Shown here: positions 18,204-28,066 of the stretch, piece after piece
Layout of the letters: each line of letters opens with the position of its first letter
Numbering within the stretch: the first letter of the stretch is position 1
Origin: Leidyana gryllorum EB-2025a
Lineage: Eukaryota > Protista > Apicomplexa
NCBI GenBank assembly: GCA_048772705.1
Contig: JBLWGC010000147.1
Location: 1 to 35,660, forward strand
Direction of reading: 5' to 3'
Length of the DNA stretch: 35,660 nucleotides
Position numbers and translations under genes: made by a program
Notes under the pieces: generated by a model
What the model saw: the letters and a program-made list of their open reading frames with translations, nothing else
What the model was told of the DNA's origin: nothing
Databases searched by the model: none

Positions 18204-18759
18204 CGTCTGAGTTGTCGGCTAACCCGACGCTCCACCTCATCTCAACATGGTCGACGGCTGCGATTTCGTCCGTAAGCCTCAACTCGCGGGACTCAGTCCA
18301 GTGGCAGTCAATGTGGCTGGAAACATCGGTTGAGTAGTGCTGCCACCCACTCACTCTGGCTTCCCGGCACGGAAAATCAGCTGAGTGTCTTGCAAGCAAA
18401 ACATTCATATACTCACCACCAGAGACTTAATCCCGGTCGTCCAACTGCTGCGAGATTCGAAGGCTCAACCTCAGACCCTCAACAGTGGCGCTCTCAAGCT
18501 CAGAAGTACGCCCGGATTTCGGGGTGGTCGAAGGTGCCAGACGCGACTGCAAGATTAAGAGTCTGGGTACCACTGATTTCCGAGACGGTGCAGCTCTACC
18601 GAAGCTGAGCTGGGGCCGCAATGAAGTCTAAGCGGTTAGATATGCGGCTTTCACCCTGCCGGTCCGGGTGCAAGCCGCAGTGGAAGTATGAAGTGGTGGA
18701 ACAAAGTGCTCCAGTAACTTCCGTCAATAGGGACTCATTCGTGATGTCCAGTTGACATT

Positions 18760-18829
18760 GCCTTCTTAGCTTGGGGCAGAGCATTCGCTTAGTAAGTAAA
18801 GGTCGCCGGTTCGATTCGGGCAGAAGGCT
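18760..18829 (+). pseudogene. tRNA-Thr(AGT), degenerate
   Basis: Thr body. Confidence 0.7.
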
Positions 18830-18831
18830 CG

Positions 18832-19034
18832 ACTGCATCGACTGGGCACCTGCAAGCTGCTCGCAAACTCCACCATCCCGGATGAAGTCGAGACCAGCTG
18901 AGGCAAAATACTGAGATGCCAGCAGTTGTAGTGCTGCAACTGCATCGACTGGGCACCTGCAAGCTGCTCGCAAACTCCACCATCCCGGATGAAGTCTAAA
19001 CCAGCTGAGGCAAAACCTGAGATGCAGCAGTTGT
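18832..19034 (+). repeat. Tandem duplication, ~107-bp period
   Basis: ACTGCATCGACTGGGCACC..CAGCAGTTGT at 18832 and 18939. Confidence 0.88.
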
Positions 19035-19048
19035 GAGGGCTGGAACTG

Positions 19049-19118
19049 CTCCAAGACCGGGAATCGAACCCGGGTCTTCCGCGTGAAGGCGGAATACTGA
19101 CCACTATACTATCTCGGA
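19049..19118 (-). pseudogene. tRNA-Asp pseudogene
   Basis: Anticodon deletion. Confidence 0.72.
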
Positions 19119-19231
19119 CGCTAGTAAACACGCCGGCATCCAACCCCAGAAGTCCTCGCATTTTGAGCGGGCAGTGGCCCCACATACGGCCCCGGTAGGT
19201 GCTCATCTTCACCGCCTTTTGTGAACCTACC

Positions 19232-19304
19232 GCCTCGGTAGCTCAGTTGGGAGAGCGCCAGACTGAAGATCTGGAAGTCCCGTGTTCGATCCACGGCCGA
19301 GGCA
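19232..19304 (+). tRNA. trnF: tRNA-Phe(GAA)
   Basis: Full cloverleaf. Confidence 0.93.
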
Positions 19305-19447
19305 GAGAGGTTGTGATATTTGGTGTCATCCCTCACAGCCGTGCGACTGGAAGAGTCGCTCGCTGCCATCGAGATAACCTGTGTGCGATTCCCGACAGAT
19401 GCAAAACGATAGCATGATGAGTTTGTCGGCGTTTTCGATTCCGACCG

Positions 19448-19520
19448 TGGGAGTGGAGAGGATCGAACTCTCGACTTCAGGATTATGAGACCTACGCGCT
19501 ACCGACTGCGCTACACTCCC
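19448..19520 (-). tRNA. trnM: elongator tRNA-Met(CAT)
   Basis: Full cloverleaf. Confidence 0.92.
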
Positions 19521-19596
19521 CCTCCGACTTTCTCCGAGGAATCACCCGAACCCAGAACCATGCTGCCAGGCAGGTTGGGTCAAGATACAACAAAGC

Positions 19597-19668
19597 GGGC
19601 TGTTCTGGGAATCGAACCCAGGACTTCTTCCACCCGAAGGAAGAATCATACCGCTAGACCAAACAGCC
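19597..19668 (-). tRNA. trnP: tRNA-Pro(CGG)
   Basis: Full cloverleaf. Confidence 0.9.
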
Positions 19669-19966
19669 GCCTGTCGGTGGTGCAATCCGTTGGGTGCAGT
19701 CGAGAGAGTGGTCATACTATGTCGAGAACCAAGAAATGCGACGGGTCCGCATAACAAAAAGGAGGGTCTTTTGGGGTTGGAGGCCGGCTTGTTCAGAGCG
19801 TCCAAGATAGTGAACCTGCGGTCTCCCATCAAAAGTCTTGCGCTCTATCGACGGACTTGGGGCGGCGACGAAGCTCGGACTTAGTAACAAATTCCATTCG
19901 TATTGATCGTTGAATCTTGGGCCTTCCTCGGGTACAGGGCGAAGCTGTATCAGAGATGCACTCACT

Positions 19967-20040
19967 TGGTCACGCACGGGCTCCAACCGCGGACTCAGAA
20001 CTCATTAGGCTCACGCTCTGGCCGCCTGAAATACGCGACC
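19967..20040 (-). pseudogene. tRNA-Ile pseudogene
   Basis: Ile(AAT) body, decayed. Confidence 0.65.
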
Positions 20041-20206
20041 GCTTCAGAGTTGAGGTGAACAGTCACTAGCCAAAGGAGCCGACTGATGTGTTCAGCAAAA
20101 CCCCATGACTGGGATTGAAGCGGCCGCTCAGACCTTTCTGCACGGAGAAGGGGCACTACCAATTCGCACGGGATTCCCGATGGAAGGCGTAGCCCGTTCC
20201 ACCCTC

Positions 20207-20287
20207 GGCAAGTGGCCGAGTGGTTAAGGCGGCGGCCTGCTAAGCCGTTGGGTTCTACCCGCGTGAGTTCGAATCTCACCCCTGTCG
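20207..20287 (+). tRNA. trnS: tRNA-Ser(GCT), acceptor 1-nt deletion
   Basis: Ser body. Confidence 0.72.
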
Positions 20288-20473
20288 GTAGCATTCGGGG
20301 AGAGCGCATCTGCTTCAATGATTGAACTGAGGATTTCGTCCGACTCGAATCCGACTCTTTACGCTGGGGGCTGTATACAAAAGCCAGTTACTTCAGAGGT
20401 TAGTGGAGAGACCCGTGTTGCATGTGTCCAGTTGAGGAAGCGCTAGTCCGACTCTTCTGGGATGGGCTGAACC

Positions 20474-20544
20474 GGTTGCGTCCTTGGTGGTTAGCACTCG
20501 ACACTTTGGATTTTCCGACCTGGGTTCGATCCCGGCGCGACCCT
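20474..20544 (+). pseudogene. tRNA-Gln(TTG) pseudogene
   Basis: Gln body, decayed. Confidence 0.62.
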
Positions 20545-20607
20545 TGAACTGGTCCTCACTACTCCCTGAAGCTTCGCCACTTCTCTTGGGCTGCGGGGAC
20601 CATCCAT

Positions 20608-20680
20608 GCAGCCATGGTCTAGTGGTTACGACGTCTGCTGAACACGCAGAAGGTCCCGAGTTCGATCCTCGGTGGCTGTA
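20608..20680 (+). tRNA. trnV: tRNA-Val(AAC), G at position 33
   Basis: Otherwise full cloverleaf. Confidence 0.78.
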
Positions 20681-20735
20681 GCTCGCAACTTTCAGCGGGC
20701 ACCAAAAAAGACAATCTTAAGCGAGGTCAACTGTG

Positions 20736-20807
20736 CTCCGAGACCGGGAATCGAACCCGGGTCTTCCGCGTGATAGGCGGAAATACTAACCACTATACTA
20801 TCTCGGA
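20736..20807 (-). tRNA. trnD: tRNA-Asp with ATC anticodon, otherwise intact
   Basis: Matches Asp(GTC) at 29874 except position 34. Confidence 0.85.
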
Positions 20808-20901
20808 CGCTCCGAACACACCGGCCTGAAACCCCAAAAGTCCTTCCATCTTGAGATTCCAGGGATAGAAAATGCGTGGAGCGGCGAGCCAACAACATCC
20901 C

Positions 20902-20983
20902 TGCAAGATGACCGAGTGGTCTCTGAGGCGCTGTGCTCACACCGGAGTCCGAAAGGTCGTGGGTTCGAATCCCACTTTTGTCA
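20902..20983 (+). pseudogene. tRNA-Leu body, CAC anticodon, degenerate
   Basis: Leu body. Confidence 0.68.
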
Positions 20984-21019
20984 GGTTGCGCCCCAAACGG
21001 GAAAAACATAGAGTCCGGT

Positions 21020-21091
21020 TGAGCCCAGAGTGATTTGAACACCCAACCTTCTGATCTGGAGTCAGACGCGCTACCGTTGCGCCATAGGCCC
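21020..21091 (-). tRNA. trnW: tRNA-Trp(CCA)
   Basis: Full cloverleaf. Confidence 0.88.
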
Positions 21092-21264
21092 AAAACCATC
21101 TTCCGTTCCAGACTCATTTACCGGCAATCGGGCCCGCTTCTTAGGCGTGACATGCGAAAATAGTAACCACTATGCTATCTCGGACGCTCTGAACACGCCA
21201 CGGACATTCCATTCGTTCAGAAAACGGCCGTTACCGTGTACGAGCTTCAACAACAAGGTGTCAC

Positions 21265-21335
21265 GCATCTGTGGTCTAGTGGTAGAATGTCTCGTTGCCA
21301 TCGAGACGGCGCGGGTTCGATTCCCGGCAGATGCA
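21265..21335 (+). tRNA. trnG: tRNA-Gly(GCC)
   Basis: One T-stem mismatch. Confidence 0.82.
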
Positions 21336-21410
21336 GAGGACACACGGTTGCGTTTCCACCATTCAGAAATTCATGCGTGAGTTGGTGTTAAACCCTCCAA
21401 CCACATCGCA

Positions 21411-21492
21411 CGACAACTGCTAGATTTGAACCAGCGCGGGCCCGGCCCAGTAGATTTCTAGTCTACCCCCTTAACCACTCGGGCAAGTTGCC
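21411..21492 (-). tRNA. trnS: tRNA-Ser(AGA)
   Basis: Full cloverleaf. Confidence 0.88.
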
Positions 21493-21704
21493 GCTGTCGA
21501 ACTTGGCATTTTGCGGCCAGTGGCTTCACATACGGTTCAGCAAGCTTTGGGCTTGGAATCGATCCCAGAACCTTCCGTATACTAAGCACCGTTTCATCAT
21601 CTGGGCTTGCCTCCCTCTGTGCCTACCTCATGGCATTGAGTGATACTTCACATAGTGAGACGAGTCTCTCGACTGTACCCAGCGGGTTGAACCACCGACT
21701 AGGC

Positions 21705-21776
21705 GGCTGTTTTGTCTGGTGGTATGATCCTTCCTTAGGGTGGAAAGAGTGCTGGGTTCGATTCCCAGAACAGCCC
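21705..21776 (+). pseudogene. tRNA-Pro(AGG), degenerate
   Basis: D arm mutated. Confidence 0.72.
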
Positions 21777-21877
21777 GTCTGATAGTTGTTGGCGCAACAC
21801 GGCACTCGACCTATCCCGGACAGCTAAGACGGGATCTGAGTTGTTGACTCCACAGGCTGCAACCCGGCCATTCGCCC

Positions 21878-21950
21878 AGACGCTACTGGGACTCGAACCC
21901 AGAATCCCCGGTTCCGTAGACCGATGCCATATCCATTAGGCCCTAGCGCC
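21878..21950 (-). tRNA. trnR: tRNA-Arg(ACG)
   Basis: CT ACG GA loop. Confidence 0.85.
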
Positions 21951-22183
21951 GACTAGCGGAGCCGTCAAATGGAAGTGTGTAGCGATCAAGACAGGGCATG
22001 GGCAGCGACGCCCGATGGTGGGTCTGGACAGACTTCACCCACATCTCCCATTCAAAACATCGGGGACATACTATCCAAGCCAGGATTCGGGCCTGGGTAT
22101 GCACGGCCACAACTTGCTGAGGCTGGTGGGTACCAAAGCCACTTTAGTTGTCATGCTATCGGGTTTTGTGTCGTTGCTTTCTT

Positions 22184-22256
22184 GCCGCCCTAGATCAGTC
22201 GGTAAAGCGCAAGACTCTTAATCTTGCAGTCGCGGGTTCGAGCCCCGCGGGCGGTG
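22184..22256 (+). tRNA. trnK: tRNA-Lys(CTT), D-stem mutated
   Basis: CT CTT AA. Confidence 0.75.
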
Positions 22257-22290
22257 TGGATCTGTTGCCTGCAAGCACACTCAGCTGGAT

Positions 22291-22369
22291 TTCCACTGCC
22301 GGGACTTGAACTTGAACCCGGATCGTGCGGGTGAGAGCCGCATATCCTAGCCACTTAGACTACAGTGGA
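22291..22369 (-). pseudogene. tRNA-Glu(CTC) with 6-nt duplication in T-loop
   Basis: CTTGAACTTGAAC. Confidence 0.8.
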
Positions 22370-22487
22370 CAACTCCCTCAGCTGCAGCTTTAGCCGAGAG
22401 CCGTACCCTCTTGACAAGACGTGATTGCAGAATCCTGCGGTAGAATAAGGGAGGATCTCTATACTAACCTCTGAAACATTGTAGCTG

Positions 22488-22560
22488 GGTCTTGTAGCTC
22501 AGTCGGCAGAGCGTGTGGCTGTTAACCACAAAGTCGCAGGTTCGAAACCTGCTAGGACCG
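22488..22560 (+). tRNA. trnN: tRNA-Asn(GTT)
   Basis: Full cloverleaf. Confidence 0.88.
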
Positions 22561-22681
22561 GTTTCAGAGCCACTCTCCAAGGGAAGGAAAATCATATCAC
22601 GAGCACTCCAACTCGACATGCGCGCCAATGGCTCCCCATACAGCTAGCAAGCTTGCGGAACGTCTTTCGCGTGAGAGGCTA

Positions 22682-22754
22682 TGATGCGGATGGGACTCGA
22701 ACCCACAACTCCCGGTTCCGAAGACCGATGCCCTATCCATTAGGCCACCGCACC
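22682..22754 (-). tRNA. trnR: tRNA-Arg(TCG)
   Basis: Full cloverleaf. Confidence 0.9.
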
Positions 22755-22811
22755 ATAGACAAGCTTCGGTCATCTCGATACTAGTTGGGTGTAAGAGGAG
22801 ACACCTTGGGG

Positions 22812-22887
22812 CAGCTCGGTGGATGGGTTGCGATTGTGGTTGTGCTCCTAAGGCAAAGGTTGAGGATTCGGGTCCCTCCAGCCGTTT
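22812..22887 (+). pseudogene. tRNA-Arg(CCT) pseudogene
   Basis: CTCCTAAGGCAAAGGTTGAGG matches 15665. Confidence 0.65.
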
Positions 22888-22969
22888 CCTGCGTGGCTTC
22901 GTTTGTGCAAAGTGGAGAGACTGGTCATACCATGTAAAAAAGAACTGGATGTACTGGGGTTTGCTCAAT

Positions 22970-23037
22970 GGGCGACTAGCTCAAATGGTAGAGCGCTCGC
23001 TTAGCATGCGAGAGGTAGTGGGATCGATGCCCAGGTC
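22970..23037 (+). pseudogene. tRNA-Ala(AGC), 3' deletion
   Basis: Ala body. Confidence 0.75.
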
Positions 23038-23153
23038 AAAGTACGCTACGGCTGTACGTGGCGGGAGCCAAACCCAACCTTACATCTTTGAAGGGTCGCA
23101 GACCACAAGTGCCATGGGAGAGCAGCGCAGTCAGTGTCGGGTGCCTCTAAAAC

Positions 23154-23226
23154 CGGTCCTGGCAGGTTTCGAACCGGCGGGTTTGTGGTTAACAGCCACA
23201 CGCTCTGCCGACCGAGCTACAAGACC
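23154..23226 (-). tRNA. trnN: tRNA-Asn(GTT), degenerate
   Basis: T-stem mismatch. Confidence 0.72.
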
Positions 23227-23367
23227 CAGCGACAATGTTTCAGAGGTCAGTATAGAGACCCGCCGCTTTCTAGCGCAGGATTCTGCAACCCCTTTATTGT
23301 AGATTCACCAGACCACGTCTTGTCAAGAGGGTACGGCTCTCGGCTAAAGCTGCAGCTAAGGGAGTTG

Positions 23368-23440
23368 TCCACTGTAGTCTAAGTGGCTAGGATATGCGGC
23401 TCTCACCCGCACGATCCGGGTTCAAGTCCCGGCAGTGGAA
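23368..23440 (+). tRNA. trnE: tRNA-Glu(CTC)
   Basis: Full cloverleaf. Confidence 0.92.
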
Positions 23441-23500
23441 ATCCAGCTGAGTGTGCTTGTAGGCAACGGTTCCATTCCTACTCCCAGAGACATTGATTTG

Positions 23501-23573
23501 CACCGCCCGCGGGGCTCGAACCCGCGACTGCAAGATTAAAAGACTTGCGCTCTACCGACTGAGCTAGGGCGGC
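23501..23573 (-). tRNA. trnK: tRNA-Lys(TTT)
   Basis: One anticodon-stem mismatch. Confidence 0.82.
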
Positions 23574-23699
23574 AAGGAAGCTCTAAACTTTTACACCCTA
23601 TTTGCCGTTGGGTGGAGCAGTGGAAGGATTGACTGGTGGAACAATGTGCTCCAGTAGCTTCCGTCAATAGTGACTGATGCGTGATTACCAGCTGATATT

Positions 23700-23771
23700 G
23701 CCTTCTTAGCTTAGGGGCAGAGCATTCGCTTAGTAAGCGAAAGGTCGCCGGTTCGATTCCGGCAGAAGGCT
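23700..23771 (+). tRNA. trnT: tRNA-Thr(AGT)
   Basis: Full cloverleaf. Confidence 0.92.
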
Positions 23772-23820
23772 TTGCTCACGAGAAAATCTATTCTATAACT
23801 GTTTCCCTTCTGCGCACACT

Positions 23821-23892
23821 TAGCAGTGCGTCGTTTCGATCGACGGACCTTTGGGTTATGAGCCCAACACTCTTCCACTGAGCTACAATGCT
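23821..23892 (-). tRNA. trnM: initiator tRNA-Met(CAT)
   Basis: One acceptor mismatch. Confidence 0.85.
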
Positions 23893-24033
23893 CAGTCTGC
23901 AACATGGAAGAGTTAGCCGAAATGCGATTCTTGAGATGCTAGTTACCCTGACTGCCCTACCCAAGTGGGCTAACGAGGTGGTTGTGTTGTTTCTGAGGGC
24001 AACTTGTCCCGTCGGGTCAACCGACGACCAAGA

Positions 24034-24104
24034 GGGCTGTTCTGGGAATCGAACCCAGGACTTCTTCCACCCAAAGGAAGAATCATACCACTAGACCAAC
24101 AGCC
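24034..24104 (-). tRNA. trnP: tRNA-Pro(TGG), 1-nt deletion
   Basis: Pro body. Confidence 0.75.
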
Positions 24105-24192
24105 GACTGGTCGATGGTGCACATTGCTGGTAGAGTCGGGAGACTGGTCATAATATGTCAAGAACCACTAAATGCTATGGTGTCTTCACAGC

Positions 24193-24265
24193 GGGCGACT
24201 AGCTCAAATGATATAGCACTCGCTTGACATGCGAGAGATACTTGGATCAATGCCCAGGTCGTCCA
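24193..24265 (+). pseudogene. tRNA-Ala body, GAC anticodon, degenerate
   Basis: Related to 17970. Confidence 0.68.
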
Positions 24266-24341
24266 AGCTTCTAACGGCTGCATCCGCGGTATATGAAAAC
24301 AGAGTTACGACCGAAAGGAGTTGATGCCCGATCACATCGCA

Positions 24342-24423
24342 CGACGACTGCTGGATTTGAACCAGCGCGGGCCAGGCCCAGTAGATTTCGAGTCTACCCC
24401 CTTAACCACTCGGGCAAGTTGCC
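24342..24423 (-). tRNA. trnS: tRNA-Ser(CGA)
   Basis: One acceptor mismatch. Confidence 0.85.
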
Positions 24424-24620
24424 AACGGTCGCACTCGGCATCCCGCAGACAGTGGCTTCACATACGGTTCAGCAAGCTTGACTCATCCCCTGTCTCAAAT
24501 AAGGGAACGAGTCTTTTTGAACTCCGCCTGCCACGTCACTCGACAGCTGCTAGATCTGAACCAGTGGGGCCAGGCGATACTGACGACTCAGGCGGTTGAG
24601 ACAGTGAGGCTGTGGGTTGT

Positions 24621-24693
24621 GCGGTAGTGGCGCAATGAATAGCGTGTTGCCCTCCGGAGGCAAAGGTTGTGGGTTCGAGTCCCGCCCACCGTT
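24621..24693 (+). tRNA. trnR: tRNA-Arg(CCG), slightly degenerate
   Basis: CT CCG GA loop. Confidence 0.75.
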
Positions 24694-24960
24694 CTCGTGG
24701 TCTCGCTCAACAGTGGAATCGAGAAGAGTGGCTGCCATTCGGAGCCATGCAGACTTGCGCCATCCAAACTCAAATTCGGCACCGCGGGCCACCACGCGAT
24801 CTGTGCACTCTACCCTTTGAGCTGGCGGTCTCCAACTTCGAAGAGCTATTGCATGCCGTGCTTGATGAGTGGACGATTGCCCATTGGAAATCTGCGGAAC
24901 GCTGCTGGCAAGCTCGAGTCGCACGGCTGCGAGGGATGACACCAAATGTCACAAAGCTTT

Positions 24961-25032
24961 TGCCCCGGCTGTGGATCGAACACGGGACCTCCAGATCTTC
25001 AGTCTGGCGCTCTCCCACTAAGCTACCGAGGC
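24961..25032 (-). pseudogene. tRNA-Phe(GAA), degenerate
   Basis: Phe body. Confidence 0.75.
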
Positions 25033-25256
25033 GGTAGGTAGTCACGGAAGGCGATGAACATAAACACTTACCGCGGCGGTATGTGGGGTCACTCCTCGCC
25101 ACATGACGGAATCGACAGTTGCCAACTTGCCCGAGTGAGGAACTAGTGCAGATCCAGCAGTTGTCGTGGTCAGACACCAACTCACGCGCATGAATCCTGT
25201 GGTGGAAATGATGCTATTTCCAGCATCAAACCCTCATATGGATCGAGACAGAGGAA

Positions 25257-25317
25257 GCCTTCTTAGCTTAGGGGCAGAGCATTCGCTTAGTAAGCGAAAG
25301 GTCGCCGGTTCGATTCC
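25257..25317 (+). pseudogene. tRNA-Thr(AGT), 3' truncated
   Basis: Joins a Pro upstream flank. Confidence 0.8.
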
Positions 25318-25541
25318 TAGCCGGTGGTTCAACCTGCTGGGTACGGTCGAGAGACTCGTCTCACTATGTGAAGTATCACTCAATGCCATGAGGTAGGCAC
25401 AGAGGGAGGCTAGACCAGATGATGAAACGGTGCTTAGTATATGAAAGGTTCTGGGATCGATTCTCAGCCCATCCGAACTACATAGATGGAACCCTCGCCG
25501 GAGTAGTCTAGTTGGCCTATCAACGCTGTCTGCCAAAACCA

Positions 25542-25626
25542 TCCGGTGGGACGGAACGGAACCGAACCGCCGACTATCTGATGCCAGCACTACAGTCAGA
25601 TGCTCTACCAACTGAGCTACCCCCGG
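25542..25626 (-). pseudogene. tRNA-Tyr(GTA) with intron, T-loop duplication
   Basis: GGAACGGAACCG. Confidence 0.78.
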
Positions 25627-25639
25627 CCGTCCAACTGCT

Positions 25640-25726
25640 CCGGGGTTCGAACGGCTCAACCCCAGATCCTCGCCCTTTCGGACTGCGGTCTGAGCACAGC
25701 GCCTTAGACAACTCGGCCATCTTGCC
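25640..25726 (-). pseudogene. tRNA-Leu(CAG) with T arm replaced by a hairpin
   Basis: Same form at 30040 and 33645. Confidence 0.65.
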
Positions 25727-25819
25727 GGGATGTTGTTGGCTCGGCGCTCCACGCGTTTTCTGTGCTTGGAATCTCATAATGGAAGAACTTTTGGGGTTGG
25801 AGGCCGGCGTGTTCAGAGC

Positions 25820-25891
25820 ATTTGAGATAGTATAGTGGTTAGTATTTCCGCCTGTCACTCGGAAGACCCGGGTTCGATTCCCGGTCCGAGC
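25820..25891 (+). pseudogene. tRNA-Asp(GTC), degenerate
   Basis: Acceptor damaged. Confidence 0.72.
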
Positions 25892-26090
25892 AGTTCCAGC
25901 CCCTCAAAACTGCTGCAACTCAGATTTTGTCTCAGCTGGTCTGGCCCCCTGTGGGTGCCTCAGGTACTGGCAGGTTCCAAACCTGCGACTTTGTGGCTAA
26001 GAGACTTACTCTCTGCTGGCTGAGCTACGAGGCTCAGCTACGATGATTGGAGTTTGCGATAAGCTTGCAGGTACCTAGTCGATGCAGTCA

Positions 26091-26162
26091 AGCCTTCTGC
26101 CGGAATCGAACCGGCGACCTTTCGCTTACTAAGCGAATGCTCTGCCCCTAAGCTAAGAAGGC
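26091..26162 (-). tRNA. trnT: tRNA-Thr(AGT)
   Basis: Full cloverleaf. Confidence 0.92.
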
Positions 26163-26238
26163 AATGCAAGCCAAAGATCACGAATCAGTCACTATTGACG
26201 GAGATTACTGGAGCACTTTGCTCGAGTAGTCCGAGGGC

Positions 26239-26311
26239 TTCCACTGCCGGGACTTGAACCCGGATCGTGCGGGTGAGAGCCGCATATCCTAGCCACTTAG
26301 ACTACAGTGGA
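26239..26311 (-). tRNA. trnE: tRNA-Glu(CTC)
   Basis: Full cloverleaf. Confidence 0.92.
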
Positions 26312-26392
26312 CAAGTTCCCGAGTTGAGGCTTCGGATGAGAGCCGTACCATCTTAAGATGAGGTGAAGCGTCGGGTCAACCGACAACCAACG

Positions 26393-26463
26393 GGGCTGTT
26401 CTGGGAATCGAACCCAGGACCTCTTCCACCCGAAGGAAGAATATACCACTAGACCAAATAGCC
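26393..26463 (-). pseudogene. tRNA-Pro(CGG), degenerate
   Basis: Pro body with indels. Confidence 0.72.
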
Positions 26464-26597
26464 CCCTGTCGGTCGTGCAACCCGGTGAGCACAGTCGCGA
26501 GAGTGGTCATACTATGTTGAGAATCAACAATATGCGACGGGCTCTGCACAACAAAATGGAAGGACTTTTGGGGTTGGAGGCCGGCGTGTTCAGAGCG

Positions 26598-26669
26598 GCC
26601 GAGATGGTCTACTTGTTAGTATTTCCGTCTGTCACGCGGAAGACCCGGGTTCGATTCCCGGTCTCGGAG
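26598..26669 (+). pseudogene. tRNA-Asp(GTC), D arm decayed
   Basis: Asp body. Confidence 0.7.
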
Positions 26670-26709
26670 CACAGATTCTCTCTTTTGGTTCTCGCTGAAA
26701 GTTGCGAGC

Positions 26710-26782
26710 TACAACCACCGAAGATCGAACTCGGGACCTTCTGCGTGTAAAGCAGACGTCGTAACCACTAGACCATGACTGC
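26710..26782 (-). tRNA. trnV: tRNA-Val(TAC), slightly degenerate
   Basis: TT TAC AC loop. Confidence 0.75.
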
Positions 26783-26842
26783 ACGAAAGCTTTGCGGAAA
26801 CCAAGAGAAGTTGCGAAGTCTCAAGAAGTAGAACTAGTTGCG

Positions 26843-26905
26843 AGGTCGCGCCGGGAATCGAACCCAGCTCGGGAGATTCAAAGCCTCCAGTGCTAACCAT
26901 TCACG
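26843..26905 (-). pseudogene. tRNA-Gln(TTG), 5' decayed
   Basis: CT TTG AA. Confidence 0.7.
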
Positions 26906-27227
26906 ACCAACAATTAAAAGAGTGTATGAAGCCATTGGGATTGGAAATGAATGCGTTCAGAGCTGGTACCCACCCGATCGTTGGCGTGGCAGGCGGAAAT
27001 ATAACTTTGATACCATGTCGGAGGCACGCCCCAACCTCAGAGCCCAGCTTTTCCATTCTCTAGCTTCAACAGACAGGGAACGCTTGGAGTAGCGGGACAG
27101 GAACCGAGCTGATAAGATGGCTGAGGGGTCTAAGGCGCTGTATTCAAGTCGCAGTTTGAAAGGGCGTGGGTCCAAATCCCACTCTTTTCAGGTTGACCCT
27201 CACACGGGAAAAACAAAAGAGTCTGAT

Positions 27228-27296
27228 TGAGCCCATAGTGATTCAAAACCCAACCTTCTGATCTGGAGTCAGACGCGGTACGTTGGCCATAGGCCC
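27228..27296 (-). pseudogene. tRNA-Trp(CCA), degenerate
   Basis: Trp body. Confidence 0.7.
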
Positions 27297-27351
27297 AAAA
27301 CCATCCCCCGCTCCAGACTCATTACTTGGTGGTCAGGAATGGAGGTGTCAC

Positions 27352-27422
27352 GCATCTGTGGTCTAGTGGTAGAATGTCTCGTTGCCATCGAGACGACCCG
27401 GGTTCGATTCCAGGCAGATGCA
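27352..27422 (+). tRNA. trnG: tRNA-Gly(GCC)
   Basis: One T-stem mismatch. Confidence 0.83.
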
Positions 27423-27498
27423 GAGGACACATTGTTGTTTTTCCATCATTCCAGAAATTCATGCGTCAGTTGGTGTTTACCCCTCCAACCACATCGCA

Positions 27499-27580
27499 CA
27501 ACAACTGCTGGATTTGAACCAGCGCGAGCCAGGCCCAGTAAATTTCTAGTCTACCCCCTTAACCACTCGGGCAAGTTGCC
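27499..27580 (-). tRNA. trnS: tRNA-Ser(AGA), slightly degenerate
   Basis: Ser body. Confidence 0.78.
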
Positions 27581-27871
27581 GCTCTCGAACTTGGCATTTT
27601 GCAGCCAGTGGCTTCGCATACGGTTCAGCACTGCTCGCGCCCCCCCGAACCCGCGGTTCTCCTATCAAAAGTCTGCGCTCCACCGACGGAGTTGGGGCGG
27701 CAAGGAAGCTCGCCCTGTACCGGGGGAAGGCCCAACATTCCACGATCAATACAAATAGAATTGGTTACTAAGTGCGAATCTGTATCAGAGATCCACTCAC
27801 TTGATCACGCCGACATACCATTTTTTCCAAGACGGTACGGCTCTCGGCCGAAGCCCCAACTCAACCACGCG

Positions 27872-27944
27872 TCCACTGTAGTCTAAGTGGCTAGGATTCG
27901 CGGCTTTCACCCGCACGATCCGGGTTCAAGTCCCGGGAGTGGAA
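27872..27944 (+). tRNA. trnE: tRNA-Glu(TTC), degenerate
   Basis: Glu body. Confidence 0.72.
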
Positions 27945-27993
27945 ATCCAGCAGAGAGTGGTTGTAGGTAACGGCTTCCAGAGACATTGATTTG

Positions 27994-28066
27994 CACCGCC
28001 CGCGGGGCTCGAACCCGCGACTGCAAGATTGAAAGTCTTGCGCTCTACAGACCGAGCTAGGGCGGC
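27994..28066 (-). pseudogene. tRNA-Lys body with TTC anticodon
   Basis: CT TTC AA; D-loop GG lost. Confidence 0.72.

Larger units (their letters stand above)
21548..22256 (+). repeat. Ala-like-Pro-Arg-His-Lys block; direct copy ~30295-31038
   Basis: Near-identical spacers. Confidence 0.85.
22184..23575. repeat. Local inverted repeat (arms ~22184-22570 and ~23145-23575)
   Basis: Lys+ Glu- Asn+ ... Asn- Glu+ Lys- with mirrored spacers. Confidence 0.85.
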
